DNA of 31,737 nucleotides from Nanobdellota archaeon (GTDB taxonomy: Archaea > Nanobdellota > Nanobdellia > Woesearchaeales > GW2011-AR4). The DNA lies in NCBI GenBank assembly GCA_038046385.1, contig JBBSWH010000016.1, positions 1-31,737 of the forward strand. Direction: 5' to 3'. The notes under the pieces were generated by a model, which was given only the letters and a program-made list of their open reading frames with translations, was not told where the DNA came from and ran no database searches. A program made the translations under genes and the position numbers. Shown one piece after another: positions 22,401-27,159 of the stretch (the stretch's first letter is position 1; every line of letters starts with the position of its first letter).

Positions 22401-22700
22401 CTGCAGTGATTCCTTTACAGTGCCATAAGAAGAATTAATGAGGCTTGCTTCATAGAATCCCTCATTTGTCGGGATAAAATTAAATTTTTTTTCATTTCCG
22501 ATATAAGTAAAAGTTGCTCCATTGGAAGAAATTTCCAGCTTCAAGCCGTCCATTGAAGAAACATTTAACTCAATCGGTATTTCTTCTCCCAAAGAATATT
22601 GAGATTTTTGCAAAGAAATAAGCGCGCTGGAGCTACTTAGAGTCAGCGCCATGGCTAATACTACTCCTAAAAGTACACTATATACCCAATTTGCTCTCAA
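3873..22700 (-). CDS. Giant Ig-like repeat surface protein / adhesin-like (6275 aa)
   Basis: Uninterrupted 18.8-kb ORF with a TTG start, GAGGGG RBS and signal peptide. MG2-like starts (TDKKSYKIGETV). About 30 ~100-aa Ig-like repeats, two DUF2341-like starts (WWNESWIRRKPI, FDSAWKYRIPI), two CARDB-like domains (PDVAI..NIG, PDLEI..NIG) and the C-terminal FYVEL domain. Confidence 0.92.
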   Translation of the reverse strand: MRANWVYSVLLGVVLAMALTLSSSSALISLQKSQYSLGEEIPIELNVSSMDGLKLEISSNGATFTYIGNEKKFNFIPTNEGFYEASLINSSYGTVKESLQFAVINPAELSVFTDKKSYKIGETVTIYIDSGYLNSTYNLSIKTGTDVFYFLGQLQNQLKFVPRSLGSYEVSLASTKSEAKTNFTVETFDPLKIKKSNVRITSEKKRYIIGESVELRLTLPKDSDLQFYIKSGQNVYKYFGVLGDRLTFFPKDVGDYYVAIEETGTVLASYSFSVAARPVLSAEKALGSVQYSFNINQDAVIEADFSDKITRNAAQIALQSTILEQVTAYVSKHEEDDDFSLGLEHVEFDRFRVTVASNANIKPGIYRLVIAGKYNKKIYKKEILFNWGLSDEIDFFNELKEKGNLLPSSITLDKSNYRLGEAITIKTNLSDVKIIFSGKTFTLSSGYVPELLFAPPFEGLYTVTAHDSNGNAAEQSFTVSGAAASEPFFSTEETQSKAEIGKAVKWKKTIKFRNRESDRVSMQVPIPKEVSSLEIFSDSWGLDSSITQHDDSNSILEFNDELLPFEEKEYTAEFETSAPEKRETLNSTPKTDETEIVVASNASVHYSNVLSYSDIDESNPKQVRIFWIVNGSEVDIVGMPEFNATLLDTNGNGLIDKVSWNVPRLSEQKFKIKIVKAIDVAIGSKDSGGNVVSAVYDIYADGILAESSGSGVSKLLNLTKKNDIVITPSGKHIKKIVINEISGFSDITASIGIDDVPSAKDTTKKWDKMYAIDPAINFTSGSITATASGKSLFKCKDWDFASQSCLGEWKYIMDITPGEDYTVQIDPNDPGFGESNITILNVQSYPTVGGEWIVQFNATGTADLYISASNGTEWSNTNQNYDLMFVELKCGATVMGYTWIDNGAQNSSVFIPNYNCSEISTERSKVITPGKHILRFEFGEGIAYANNFASFFVDTSNADFGDGIMHQTNLSGFGATANVTLNFTFLPGNMSGGIKKYTNFSGNFTSRIFNSTVNQTAYDKISWSRSLPNSSDVIGYATHGPADMAAVFYRNGSFGTDETAASYGAALDFTTALRRYTIPPDTSYSDILGLGFDGDSDVAYAFFQNGSTAADTSQADLTSDIDFLNGLNTWTIPPGFNVSNIIGFAIDTDNTGAAVFFNNGTFIEAAQEAAPFKFTTARVYTIPAGFNFKDMTGVDYHSGGNDITSFFKNVSRLSDNSQTGFTTDIAFATYFGTTYHAGFNITAYTNVTLYTRVSNNSITFTPWSTAYLNNSGIQGLTDDIGMYVQYRAVFKTPDPYVSPELENVTINYTSDIEVPVISGISPQDGSSPSNPITLSLSTDESATCRYNNSNSSFNFDIGGTLFSTTGGTSHSQSLGSLAEGSYIYFIKCRDAIGNTNDGNNQGNTTFIIDNVAPNVVNLTSPLNNSNISREFLNFTWLVVDNLDTIMTCNVTIDNQFVTNISSQNGTLSGYFTKIDEGPHLWNVTCVDRSGKVNASTVGRFQANFIRSIISIKTFNQSYKSNREVNLSPISRFISSDLEPDTRSTTTDVVLVNSTFDSDEEGFVYKDNLYQSATNSDGVDGTYVASGVGCFNAGSCLLVNIDLASTGPTSGGWNKSFTLTSYAWVDFYYYYNFTQEGSPDNNENSFVYMRNASSGSDVLIDTMLGPTPPIRYQGGPRVFNFTLSNGTDSLDVGAYMTDTSANDEDTRAWFDNIIIIARKMVQDNEGNTSFREYNTTSGQNFTKISDVKVLVEISYYNATGSVNANNDFPDLEVQLFNGTGYPYSNVCYLNQTYKSAGNFRYNCSMRITNSSILNTWNNSLNRKMRVRGIDLDNENDQNDTINWTGVFYTIEAPSKLENYGGSNISGRLIMQVFNSSGGLMQTVYNSSRLVQANSTTNISRLWAANIWNTEINPLGTYKAYVAFFNSSYNIMQNLDGTFLNDTFFFTLDYLRINVQSPLNNSVQDATGFWANASLSYISFPSGEYCEYEIDQNKKGLMVNSTLSATATESAGDYKNITSPDNRSIWYAGDQVSSPFEVSANFTITVTIDEFVRPEYLKNITFNITYCHAAKSGSNIRCSGTAATGTLEADQNVSIYNFSALKWASMGTLSTNSNGNLISNLYYPNGTLSNFINSSSGQIRLRIRPRMTNSVPGQSSYFILDFASIKLASGIPLANDTSTHFYNFTTAISEGQHNLTFYCNDTQGDLSNSNRIVFNTTDQTPPIVQVSLPVNNSEEIDGDITFAYNVSDAVSAIGNCTLEFQSVDNVSNSSITKNRNLSIAINGLDNGGPYFWRIKCVDNSTNRIMGNSSFLQFIVGQDTDVPAVILRNPIDGYNSTNNDVLFDFRVNDATSTIANCSLILNGKINKTNYTIIEQGFPFKYNNFTVYDVPDGVYNWSVNCTDTASAHNMGNSSTRRVNVTRDLDFPIVILINPSSESTDTDGVITFQYNVSDASSGISNCTLIVNNTMNTTISSPSEYQTLSFNPSAFNDGFYIWSVNCTDNSFALNKNNSETRNFTITRISGMGLKVATDNSVYQKGTQDTETAFVVLNTTDSLGNRLNSSITTNLIFQNTSLRWWNESWIRRKPIFLNETGNLGRRNDTITANITELGGYIQSCQNELRIIRNRSLMFAEVPFNVLDGDDSTWCYIRFPANISANARNENNYYAYYNYSGASNTNYAPIKLVRYLLFADDFETSNFASVWKADTGWSRVTTTSFPTGSAAAEAAGAVTNAQARPLNTTNLTGYDIVNLTFAYFISCLYDDNDDSLSFSMNNGTEWGENDSLVGQGTTSTCSGEENFWVIENKTLSSRMYVGNFTFRFNATADNNEDGWFDYVNITGYRFGSFNITASVGTEQVLINTTVNDTSADGGFNFNFNISNLTNGEYSLVSFAGAVSYNNATNFTLFRIVTDQTAPAVNIIRPLNNNISEVNDMLFVYNTSDALSGIANCTLLINSTLNESNTTILENARLNFTKFGLPNGLYRWTVNCTDDSSNRNTGTGGNRLFTIAVDTTNPVVTLRRPFNNYTDTNLNVSFNYTLSDDLTGTADCALYINGTLNATQDDISTTDGGTKIFNNVSLFNNGTYNWYVNCSDDSLSRNYNISEIFNFTALEDLEGPVITIFFPAEFYQDTTGNVSFIYNVSDLITNISRCTLSINDTRNQTNFSVAENRRVNFTVNDNLNGYFNWSINCTDTSENGNVATTVTRTFLSATDVDPPVVKLEFPPNNIELSNSTFTGINITFRYNVSDFASEINNCSLHINKSNSFILNATKKGILEDTSQNFTVNMSDGFYQWYVNCSDNSGNKNANISEIRNLTIGIDTTPPDVTLQSPSEGYNDTNGDLDFFYIANDVASNILNCSLIINNTQNITNNSITKLITQNFSMSGFNNGTYRWQVNCTDNSSRFNTANSSSRMFNVKLDVEPPIVQLVNPPNKTVDTDGNRTFFYNVSDTISELANCSLIINNNINRTNTTFVVEDRLQNFSVGGFNDGEYNWSVNCTDNSENLNKGESAFRNLTVINDNIGPVVTLLGPPDNYSDSNGNVTFNYTVSDAAAGISNCTLFAGSNTYVNRTIQEGVLQQFNITGLTTADRYWNITCADDSENGNLGASEKRNLSVLLDSSAPVVQLVSPVNFTQEIINNVTFFYNVSDSFPIKSCALILNGSLNQTNSSRVVQNTRLNFTAENMTSGVYGWSVNCTDSTEDFIVGSSLERIIIVGPDVVAPTISIIEPDNAIQDIDGNLTFKFNVTDFASGIANCSLVVNGTRNQTMFRPQEDAKLNFTLNDTGLGDYSWSVNCTDNSTNLNAGQSEFRNFTIGEDVTPPVTTLISPDNNSFINRADVTFQYTSADSSYSIANCTLILNDRANITNSTITELEANYFYLTNLPDGFYNWTVNCTDNSPKNNSELSEMFNFTIFAPRQIVADVYPNQTSYEQGKTALITVNTTNLSFSPFASDVYVNIIRGNTTAPFFDSAWKYRIPIEINSSNSPRKSALVETDLNFSRVLISDLGLTGKIFDSNSIRVIEWINNKSAEVPYQFVSGGSFSAASSAYGRLSWIMNGSTPNSTIRIYHVYFDITENGAKPAANYNSYYPNISLSGSKRSLYKNGVAASANYASISKATESLSIQFADGQDISNQQNINYQGAGSIWNMTVDGTQLSNYYDSIIPVAIYDNYYLTQNGTANITSGPVYTKIRIPGYLNGTSGTNAEVNYTIWFGDDEVFVKADLSVKFNQAVNDPQSLFNNLWFAYLFDYESDWSSYVRFVNSTSFDGVHRYHLPTSLSDTTNQFNDAEWYSEFNGQKGSVNLYVKNFLLNGASGTKGIISFDDYWNIPEPKTTESDGVGFNLNSDQTISASDTYSLTTYMVMSSNRTWKRALDLKDYADFPLNVTRKKAEKLVNDTASITDSAGLFSFNWSTINQAPGNYTATAIANKTLYRLGADFFVFVVSGDVTKPNVTSISPTGFTNTANITFVFNVTETNSIANCTIIINGRLNTTNYSITNNAQNSIKVFNLTEGFYNWSVNCTDGAGNIGASGLKNITVDLVEPGINLTGPQNGETFNHTDVHFNFTAFDNFDNITNCSVNIDGVASAFVNATNGTLTNVTIVVSQAVHAWNVTCSDDAGNTNISLARQFTVDLGPPTVTLDNPDNNTLSPINNLTLYYTPNDLSLVSCRLIINGVTNQTNTSPTSGTSNIFRLENRSESLVQWAVNCTDSNSNIGPSPTRNVYVDFSPPNVTLLNPASGFASTFSNVQLNFTARDNFASSLSCNLSINKTVNNSQILTVPNASLFMYNASGFNDGVFGWNATCYDGANNTNSSLTRTFSVSEAPSISLLFPINYTRDRVQNRNFTFTPLDNSGNISNCTLVLNNAINVTNSTIRNRLENNLTVTNLEHNQYNWTVNCTDPRGNTGTNLTSFILFVDLLGPSITLNLPTEGQSFNTDDITFNFTPTDQFGLSTGITCNLSLDGSVNVSGIRAISGSDNVTVIENLTQGQHRWNVTCYDNLNNTNSSAVGTFIVNSPDVAITSGNITFNSTNPYENEPIGVNATIFNIGGVAANNFTVQFYDQLALFGNVTVETLNFGRNTTVNATFNATRNFHSIFVVVDYARAELSKSNNNATNNLTLLLSEINSPLNDSWTRAQSSIINFSIYDFTNSTLNFTVYSNGIFNRTANITDNSSGVAELNLSEGINLVVVEANGPRIDIQGKDSGLFRKKNSTTLYINVDLTAPVTNFITANNSWFRDNTPEIFFNITDNMDAVINYTLYVNNTRNLTNLTQNGTLSSFNISLLGDGNYTLNIEALDEAGNRRNSSFIIIFVDTAAPFPSIMTLNNTNFSDATPEIRFNITDNLANLINYTFYVENSFNKAGNASNGIIRFDNLSSLTDGFRRVILEATDLAGNKANSTFINITIDTAPPVITISNPVEGHPYGYLISILADVADSGVGISNVRYSIFNDSYIYYKNGTLNASTGFDDLWNSTIDIDESVEFMIVNLSVTANDTLNNTATAVVRFIVDNKRPSITFYVPNGEDFNRNFSLNISIQNRNLTVAGWNITNSTDEFVLNGLNASIFSTSFSFFDQINLSNETMFPNGEYNITVFAIDEVGNNRTSYNRFRVDRSYPNVTLVFPHDRFNTTLSSLQFNFTANDNMDLYLNCNLTLDGAIVVQEINATNNTRTNVTYSELSEGYHLWNVTCEDNAGNFNTSLTRNFTVDTTVPTILLDRPLNNSFNGSSTVEFSYIPNDALLVISNCSLVLNGRINKTNYTITKGVSNNITATNLEENKYEWTINCTDSVGNTGTNDTLRVLYVDFTAPNITFITNNGTWYSDPTPDIYFNITDNFDRVLNYTVYADGVLENLSYAVNGTAIARNISALQNGTHRIIIETYDDAYNLRNSTNLTIIIDTALPNITLLGPLNESNLSILDLVFFFNATDNLDDELVCNLTIDSVVNISGFAANSTKNTSKSVSGFNTGFHNWSVTCKDNATNIFTSSVFYFNITPPDLEISSSDIYFNDSEIEENINITVFANITNIGRGPALNFIAQIFDGDPDANGIQIGSNFTLNLGIGEYRVINLSWGFGIGTTNVFVQIDRDSRITELIEINNKANKSLNVSAYNTVTGNLTGSLIIAGLSNQTIYSWDVSNATAGNIFVVDSDSNVIWTNISALGVNVTDGNVTNDFEDLDLAMNMTNLTDSLNRTFTFNNRPKDVQTQIIFAQAINNTPTANSTNNSNFITGILWDKSDANPGEFNGSQDVIFVSQINRLKDGKYGFYDFEVKVPARLREYIRPNNDNSVTFYVELR
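4770..18480 (-). repeat. Degenerate ~300-bp coding repeats (Ig-like domain with a Cys pair)
   Basis: About 23 copies (hand count) of D..P.V.L..P.N...F.YNV.D....NC.L.IN...W.VNC.D, interrupted by non-repeat modules. The DNA core CAGTGCAGTTnACGCTCCA recurs on the + strand. Confidence 0.85.
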
Positions 22701-22718
22701 TTGCGCCCCTCTTTTTTC

Positions 22719-22743
22719 ACAGCAGCTTGTACAAACTGGCTGT
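22719..22743. promoter_or_regulatory. Imperfect palindrome just upstream of the giant gene RBS
   Basis: ACAGCAGCTTGTACAAACTGGCTGT, centred on TTGTACAA, with one mismatch and one bulge. Confidence 0.3.
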
Positions 22744-22988
22744 CAAAAGATTTTTTTAGAAAGGTAAACCGTCTCCCGCTTCCGGCCTCCACCCCCTGAT
22801 TTAGAACTAGATTTTTGGGGCCTTTTTCAGGATAAAGTATACAATTCCATATACTAATCTATACTACTGTTTTTTTGGTTTTTTCCCACGATGTTTTACT
22901 TGTCCGTTACTCATATTTACTCGTAAACTAGTATAAAAAGATTGTTAATTACTTTAAAGGAACATTCAGTATTTTCGAACAGTGGAAA

Positions 22989-25298
22989 TTAAATGATTAT
23001 TGTTAAGTTTCTAGAATCAATCAAAGTTCCGTTTCTTGCAGTTGTGTTTATGTTATAGATTCCTGCACTCGTGTAATTGTAGTCAATGTAAACAAATATT
23101 TTTTCATTAGGCTGCAGTATTATATTTGATGTTGCGTTTATTACGTTGCTGTTTCTTGTATCCAAAGTCCAGTTTACATTTGTAAGATTTGTTGAAAGTC
23201 CGTTTTCAATATCAAATCCGAATATCCTCTTGTTTCCTGATTCATTCAATACTGCAATATTGTTGATATTGATATAGTGCAATGTGACAGAAGCAGCTTT
23301 GATGCTTGAATGAGTTGAGCTTGCTACAACGGCTATGGGGTTATAAGTTCCGCCGCTTGCATAGTCATGCTGCACAAATATGAAAATAGTCTCTCCGGAT
23401 TGAAGATCAAACTGCTGGTTCGACAAGAGAATTGAATCTTTATTTGTGTCTATTGACCAGTTTATTCCGCTTATTGCTTCATCTGCAATATCTTTTGCAT
23501 GAATTTCAAAAATTGCTTTTGAAGCATCAACATTAACTGCATCAAAGCTTGTTATCAAAAGGTTTCCAATCTCAAGATTTTCCAGCATAGAACTCAATAT
23601 TTGATTGCCCTGGTTTATTCCGGTTGCGCTTGCGTTGATGCTATAGCTTCCATCGCCGCTGTAGCTGTATTGAACGTAAACAAATGCTTTTTCTCCTGCA
23701 TTTAACAAGCTTATGTTTGAAGTGCTGTTTATTATGTAATTGTCGCCAGTGTTGAACTGCCATTGGATATTTGATACAGTTGTATCGCCGTCGTTTAGAA
23801 TTGAGAATTCGAATATTCTTAAAGTGCTGTTAGCATAAATTGTGCTGATTGATTCTATGTTTAATGATACAATTTGCTCTTTTGTGTTCTGCGCTATGTT
23901 GTTGCTTTCATTGGATTCGTCAACTAGATTGTCAAAGTCTGCTATGGCCGTAATAAGAGATGCATTGCTACTGTTGGTTATATTAAATTCATAAATTATA
24001 CTTTCTCCATTGCTTATGAATGATGAACTGCCATTATTGTTGTATGTGGCGTTGTCAAATATGTCTAAAAATATGTTAAAAGCAGGAGCTTGCCCGATAT
24101 TTGATAAATTGATGGTTATATTTGTCGTATTTGTTGTGTCATCAAAATTAATGCTTATATTTAGGTGTAAATCAGGCAAGGGGGGCCTTTCATAATCTGT
24201 ATAGGCGTTTTGGCTCGTGGTGTAGGCATTGAAAAGTATATCTTCTGTTTCAGCTCCAACCGCCAATTTTGCAAAGCTTACGAGATAAGGCCCGTTTATT
24301 TTAGTTTTGTATATTTCTGAGCCGTTGATTAGGGTTTGAACTGTATTATCACCTATCGACAAAGCTTGCGTCTTGTTTATGCTTATGACAAAATTATCAA
24401 ATTCATCATACAGATCATAAGTTAGATTATAAGTTTCTGTGCTGAAAGAATTTACTGTAAAATTTATTTCCAAGAATTCAGAAAGATTGTTGTTGTTTGT
24501 ATCGATTCTAGTGTCAGTTATAGACTTAATGTAAGTGGTCTTTGCAAAATCTTCATAGTTGTAGATTGAAGTATTTTTATTGATGTAGAAAATCTTATCC
24601 CCTACAACCATAGTTTCTATAGTGAAGTTTCCATGATGGTGTGTCGATTTAATAGTTTCATTGTCAAAATCCAATCCAAATATATTAAGACCAGGTCCTA
24701 GCAATTTTTCTTCCGTTCTTGAGATAGTGCTAGAATTATACCTAAGAGTGATAGTAACGTTAACAGTGGCAGTCTTCGTATAGTTGAGATATGGCCCTAC
24801 CCTTAACCAATTGTTGTCTATATTTGCATCTGACATTTGAATTACGCTAGAACCATTTTCATATCCTTTATATTTGTTAGTTTGTGTTTTGTACTGCCTA
24901 TAAACTAACTCATTGTTCAAGTCGGTTATTTCCACAGTATAATTAAAAAAATTCCCCAAAAGAAGCTCTGTTGGAAAATTTGTTTGGATTGAATCAGAAC
25001 TACTAAAAGTTTTAGTTGTCACATTTATGTAAAAGTTGTTGGAATCAACTAATTTTACTATGAAGTTAAATGATCCAGAACCGGAGCTTGTGAGGTTTAT
25101 AACTAATGTATCGTTTAATCCGTTTGAATTGCCATCAAACATATAATCATTAGAACTAATGATGCTTATAGAGCCATTATAATAAGAATAGTTAAAGGAG
25201 TCAATGAGATCGTTAATTGACATATTGCTAGCTAAAGCTAAAGATGACAAAATCATTATCATAAATATATAACTTATTGCTAGCTTGCTTTTATTCAT
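22989..25298 (-). CDS. Secreted CARDB/Ig-like glycoprotein (769 aa)
   Basis: Signal peptide. Two DxDxDG-like loops (DGNSNGLND, DTNNNNLSE). CARDB-like PDL...NIG...DFDNLVDESNESNN. Three C-terminal repeats (IF.F.I.N...N..W..[DN]T...L..GE..F.[YF]...Y...G.Y). GGAG RBS. Confidence 0.85.
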   Translation of the reverse strand: MNKSKLAISYIFMIMILSSLALASNMSINDLIDSFNYSYYNGSISIISSNDYMFDGNSNGLNDTLVINLTSSGSGSFNFIVKLVDSNNFYINVTTKTFSSSDSIQTNFPTELLLGNFFNYTVEITDLNNELVYRQYKTQTNKYKGYENGSSVIQMSDANIDNNWLRVGPYLNYTKTATVNVTITLRYNSSTISRTEEKLLGPGLNIFGLDFDNETIKSTHHHGNFTIETMVVGDKIFYINKNTSIYNYEDFAKTTYIKSITDTRIDTNNNNLSEFLEINFTVNSFSTETYNLTYDLYDEFDNFVISINKTQALSIGDNTVQTLINGSEIYKTKINGPYLVSFAKLAVGAETEDILFNAYTTSQNAYTDYERPPLPDLHLNISINFDDTTNTTNITINLSNIGQAPAFNIFLDIFDNATYNNNGSSSFISNGESIIYEFNITNSSNASLITAIADFDNLVDESNESNNIAQNTKEQIVSLNIESISTIYANSTLRIFEFSILNDGDTTVSNIQWQFNTGDNYIINSTSNISLLNAGEKAFVYVQYSYSGDGSYSINASATGINQGNQILSSMLENLEIGNLLITSFDAVNVDASKAIFEIHAKDIADEAISGINWSIDTNKDSILLSNQQFDLQSGETIFIFVQHDYASGGTYNPIAVVASSTHSSIKAASVTLHYININNIAVLNESGNKRIFGFDIENGLSTNLTNVNWTLDTRNSNVINATSNIILQPNEKIFVYIDYNYTSAGIYNINTTARNGTLIDSRNLTIII

Positions 25299-25611
25299 GC
25301 AGTTCTCCGTCTAATAATTGATCCCATATAGTGTAGTTCGGACATGTGTCACACTCTATTTGTGGTCCGCCATTAAGTTCAATTGTCCAGACATCATAGC
25401 CTTCTTTAACCAAATCACTGCCAAGGCCATCCTCAAATGTGAATAAATCGCTAAATATGCCTCCGCCCATAACGACTGGTTTTGGGTCATTAATTATTAT
25501 ATCTTTAAAATTGTCAGAGTGGTCTGAATTGAGATTCTTTAATCTCAAAGTCGTATTCTGCCCGTAGGATGTTCCGTTTGTCTTCTGGACTGTTTTTATG
25601 GCAATACTCAT
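25291..25611 (-). pseudogene. Truncated third copy of the alpha/beta-hydrolase module (106 aa, lacks GHSNG)
   Basis: Near-identical to the start of the hydrolase domain of the S8 protein up to ECDTCP.YT, then stops before the nucleophile elbow. Confidence 0.75.
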
Positions 25612-25612
25612 T

Positions 25613-26167
25613 TTAACCTCCTGTCGAAAGACCGTAGAGTAGGCTCATTATATTAATTATTATCAGTATAAAATAATTCAAAAACAAAAAAGATATAACC
25701 ATAATAGCTATAATCAAATACTTATTTAGTAAGTTCTCATTTTTTCTAAAAGATTTATCTTTATTATATCCCAAAATCAATGCTACTGCTAATATAATTG
25801 CTAATCCTAAATAATTTGCAGCTACTAAGAAATTGTTTGGAATTTCCATTGGCCTTATTTGTGGATTGTCTGATACTTTAACAAAACTAGGACCCAATAA
25901 ACCGCCCAGAATTCCAGACAATAAGTGGAATGCTATTGTTCCAGTAATCAACAAAGTAATCATAATCTTAAAACCATTTGTTATTTCACTATATTCCCTA
26001 ATCTTAGAATTTTTAAGAGATATGAACAACAATAAAGAGATTATTCCTAATTCCAAGAAAAATTGCCATGGGAATATCCCAAAAGTAATTATTGAATTGA
26101 AGCTAGTCGCATATGTTATGAAATATACAATTCCAAAAAAATAGAGTAAATTTATTTTTTTATTCAT
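25613..26167 (-). CDS. 5-TM membrane protein, partner/immunity candidate for hydrolase copy 2
   Basis: Five hydrophobic segments. The ATG at 26167 follows GGTGA-TTAAA, so it is preferred to the GTG at 26176. Shares H...LGP..V...DN...PNN[FY]L...N with 27160-27693. Confidence 0.8.
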   Translation of the reverse strand: MNKKINLLYFFGIVYFITYATSFNSIITFGIFPWQFFLELGIISLLLFISLKNSKIREYSEITNGFKIMITLLITGTIAFHLLSGILGGLLGPSFVKVSDNPQIRPMEIPNNFLVAANYLGLAIILAVALILGYNKDKSFRKNENLLNKYLIIAIMVISFLFLNYFILIIINIMSLLYGLSTGG

Positions 26168-26168
26168 T

Positions 26169-27158
26169 TTAATCACCTTTTAATCTATCTTTTACATCAT
26201 TTTTTACTTTTGGATTGTTTTTAATAGAAACATGGTTAACAAATTCCAAACTCAAAATATTTGTTGTGTAAGGTATTCCCTGCTCATTTTGGGAATCTAA
26301 ATTTGAGCTATTTAAAATTCTAGGTTGATCATTAAAAGGTACAATAAAATCTGAATCATACCCGTTAAATAAATACAATTTACTTACATTGATATTGCTT
26401 ACATCAAACACAGAATCATTATTGATTGCTAAGGTGTTATAAAATTTCATTACATTTCTTGACATAGCTGCATCATTGTCAAAATATAACGTTATTGGGG
26501 AAAAGTATCTTGCATAATCCTTTAAGAAAATATGTTTTTTCCCTGCAGTCTTGTTAATAGCATACTCTCCTAATTTTAAAGGTGCAGTTACATCCTTTGA
26601 TCGTGCTATGGTCGTATATAAATTTTCATCATTCAGCGTAGCAGGACAAGCTATCCCAAAAAACTTGTCAACTGGTCGTTGAGGCAAATCCACTAAAGTG
26701 TCATACAACCCGGTCTGAGTGTTAAACACGTAACCAGCATTGTTCTTGCCATTGGAATAAGAATTCAGAGACGACAAAGCAACACGGCAGCCATTGCTAT
26801 GCCCGATATAATTTACCTGATTTTTATTTGAATAATCCATAACTCCGGCAATTAGAACAGGCCAGTAATAATCAGCTAAGTCCTGATAGATATAGTTGGG
26901 GCACGTAGGACATTCGATTTGTGGCCCACCCGTAAGTTCAATTTCCCAAACATCGTGACCTTCTTTTACTAAATCTTGTCCTAAACCTTCTTCAAAGTAG
27001 AACAAATCATTAAACAATCCACCACTCATAACAACTGGTTTAGGAGTGTTAAGAATGACATCCTTAAATGTTGGTGAGAAATCAGAATTTAAATTCTTCA
27101 ATCTTAATGTTGTGTTCTTCCCATAGGAAGCATAATTTGTAGTTTGGTATGTCTTCAT
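26169..27158 (-). CDS. Stand-alone alpha/beta-hydrolase (lipase/esterase-like), paralog of the S8 protein C-terminus (329 aa)
   Basis: GHSNG nucleophile elbow (Ser 26796-26798), candidate Asp in LFNGYDSDFIV and candidate His in VNHVSI. No signal peptide. Confidence 0.85.
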   Translation of the reverse strand: MKTYQTTNYASYGKNTTLRLKNLNSDFSPTFKDVILNTPKPVVMSGGLFNDLFYFEEGLGQDLVKEGHDVWEIELTGGPQIECPTCPNYIYQDLADYYWPVLIAGVMDYSNKNQVNYIGHSNGCRVALSSLNSYSNGKNNAGYVFNTQTGLYDTLVDLPQRPVDKFFGIACPATLNDENLYTTIARSKDVTAPLKLGEYAINKTAGKKHIFLKDYARYFSPITLYFDNDAAMSRNVMKFYNTLAINNDSVFDVSNINVSKLYLFNGYDSDFIVPFNDQPRILNSSNLDSQNEQGIPYTTNILSLEFVNHVSIKNNPKVKNDVKDRLKGD

Positions 27159-27159
27159 T

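Noticed and set aside
22745-22988. GC-rich patch in the giant gene leader as a tRNA or riboswitch
   Set aside because: No cloverleaf or recognisable riboswitch consensus could be folded by eye.
26169-27158. PHA synthase (PhaC) call for the hydrolase
   Set aside because: The nucleophile is Ser (GHSNG), not the PhaC Cys; only the general alpha/beta-hydrolase fold is supported.
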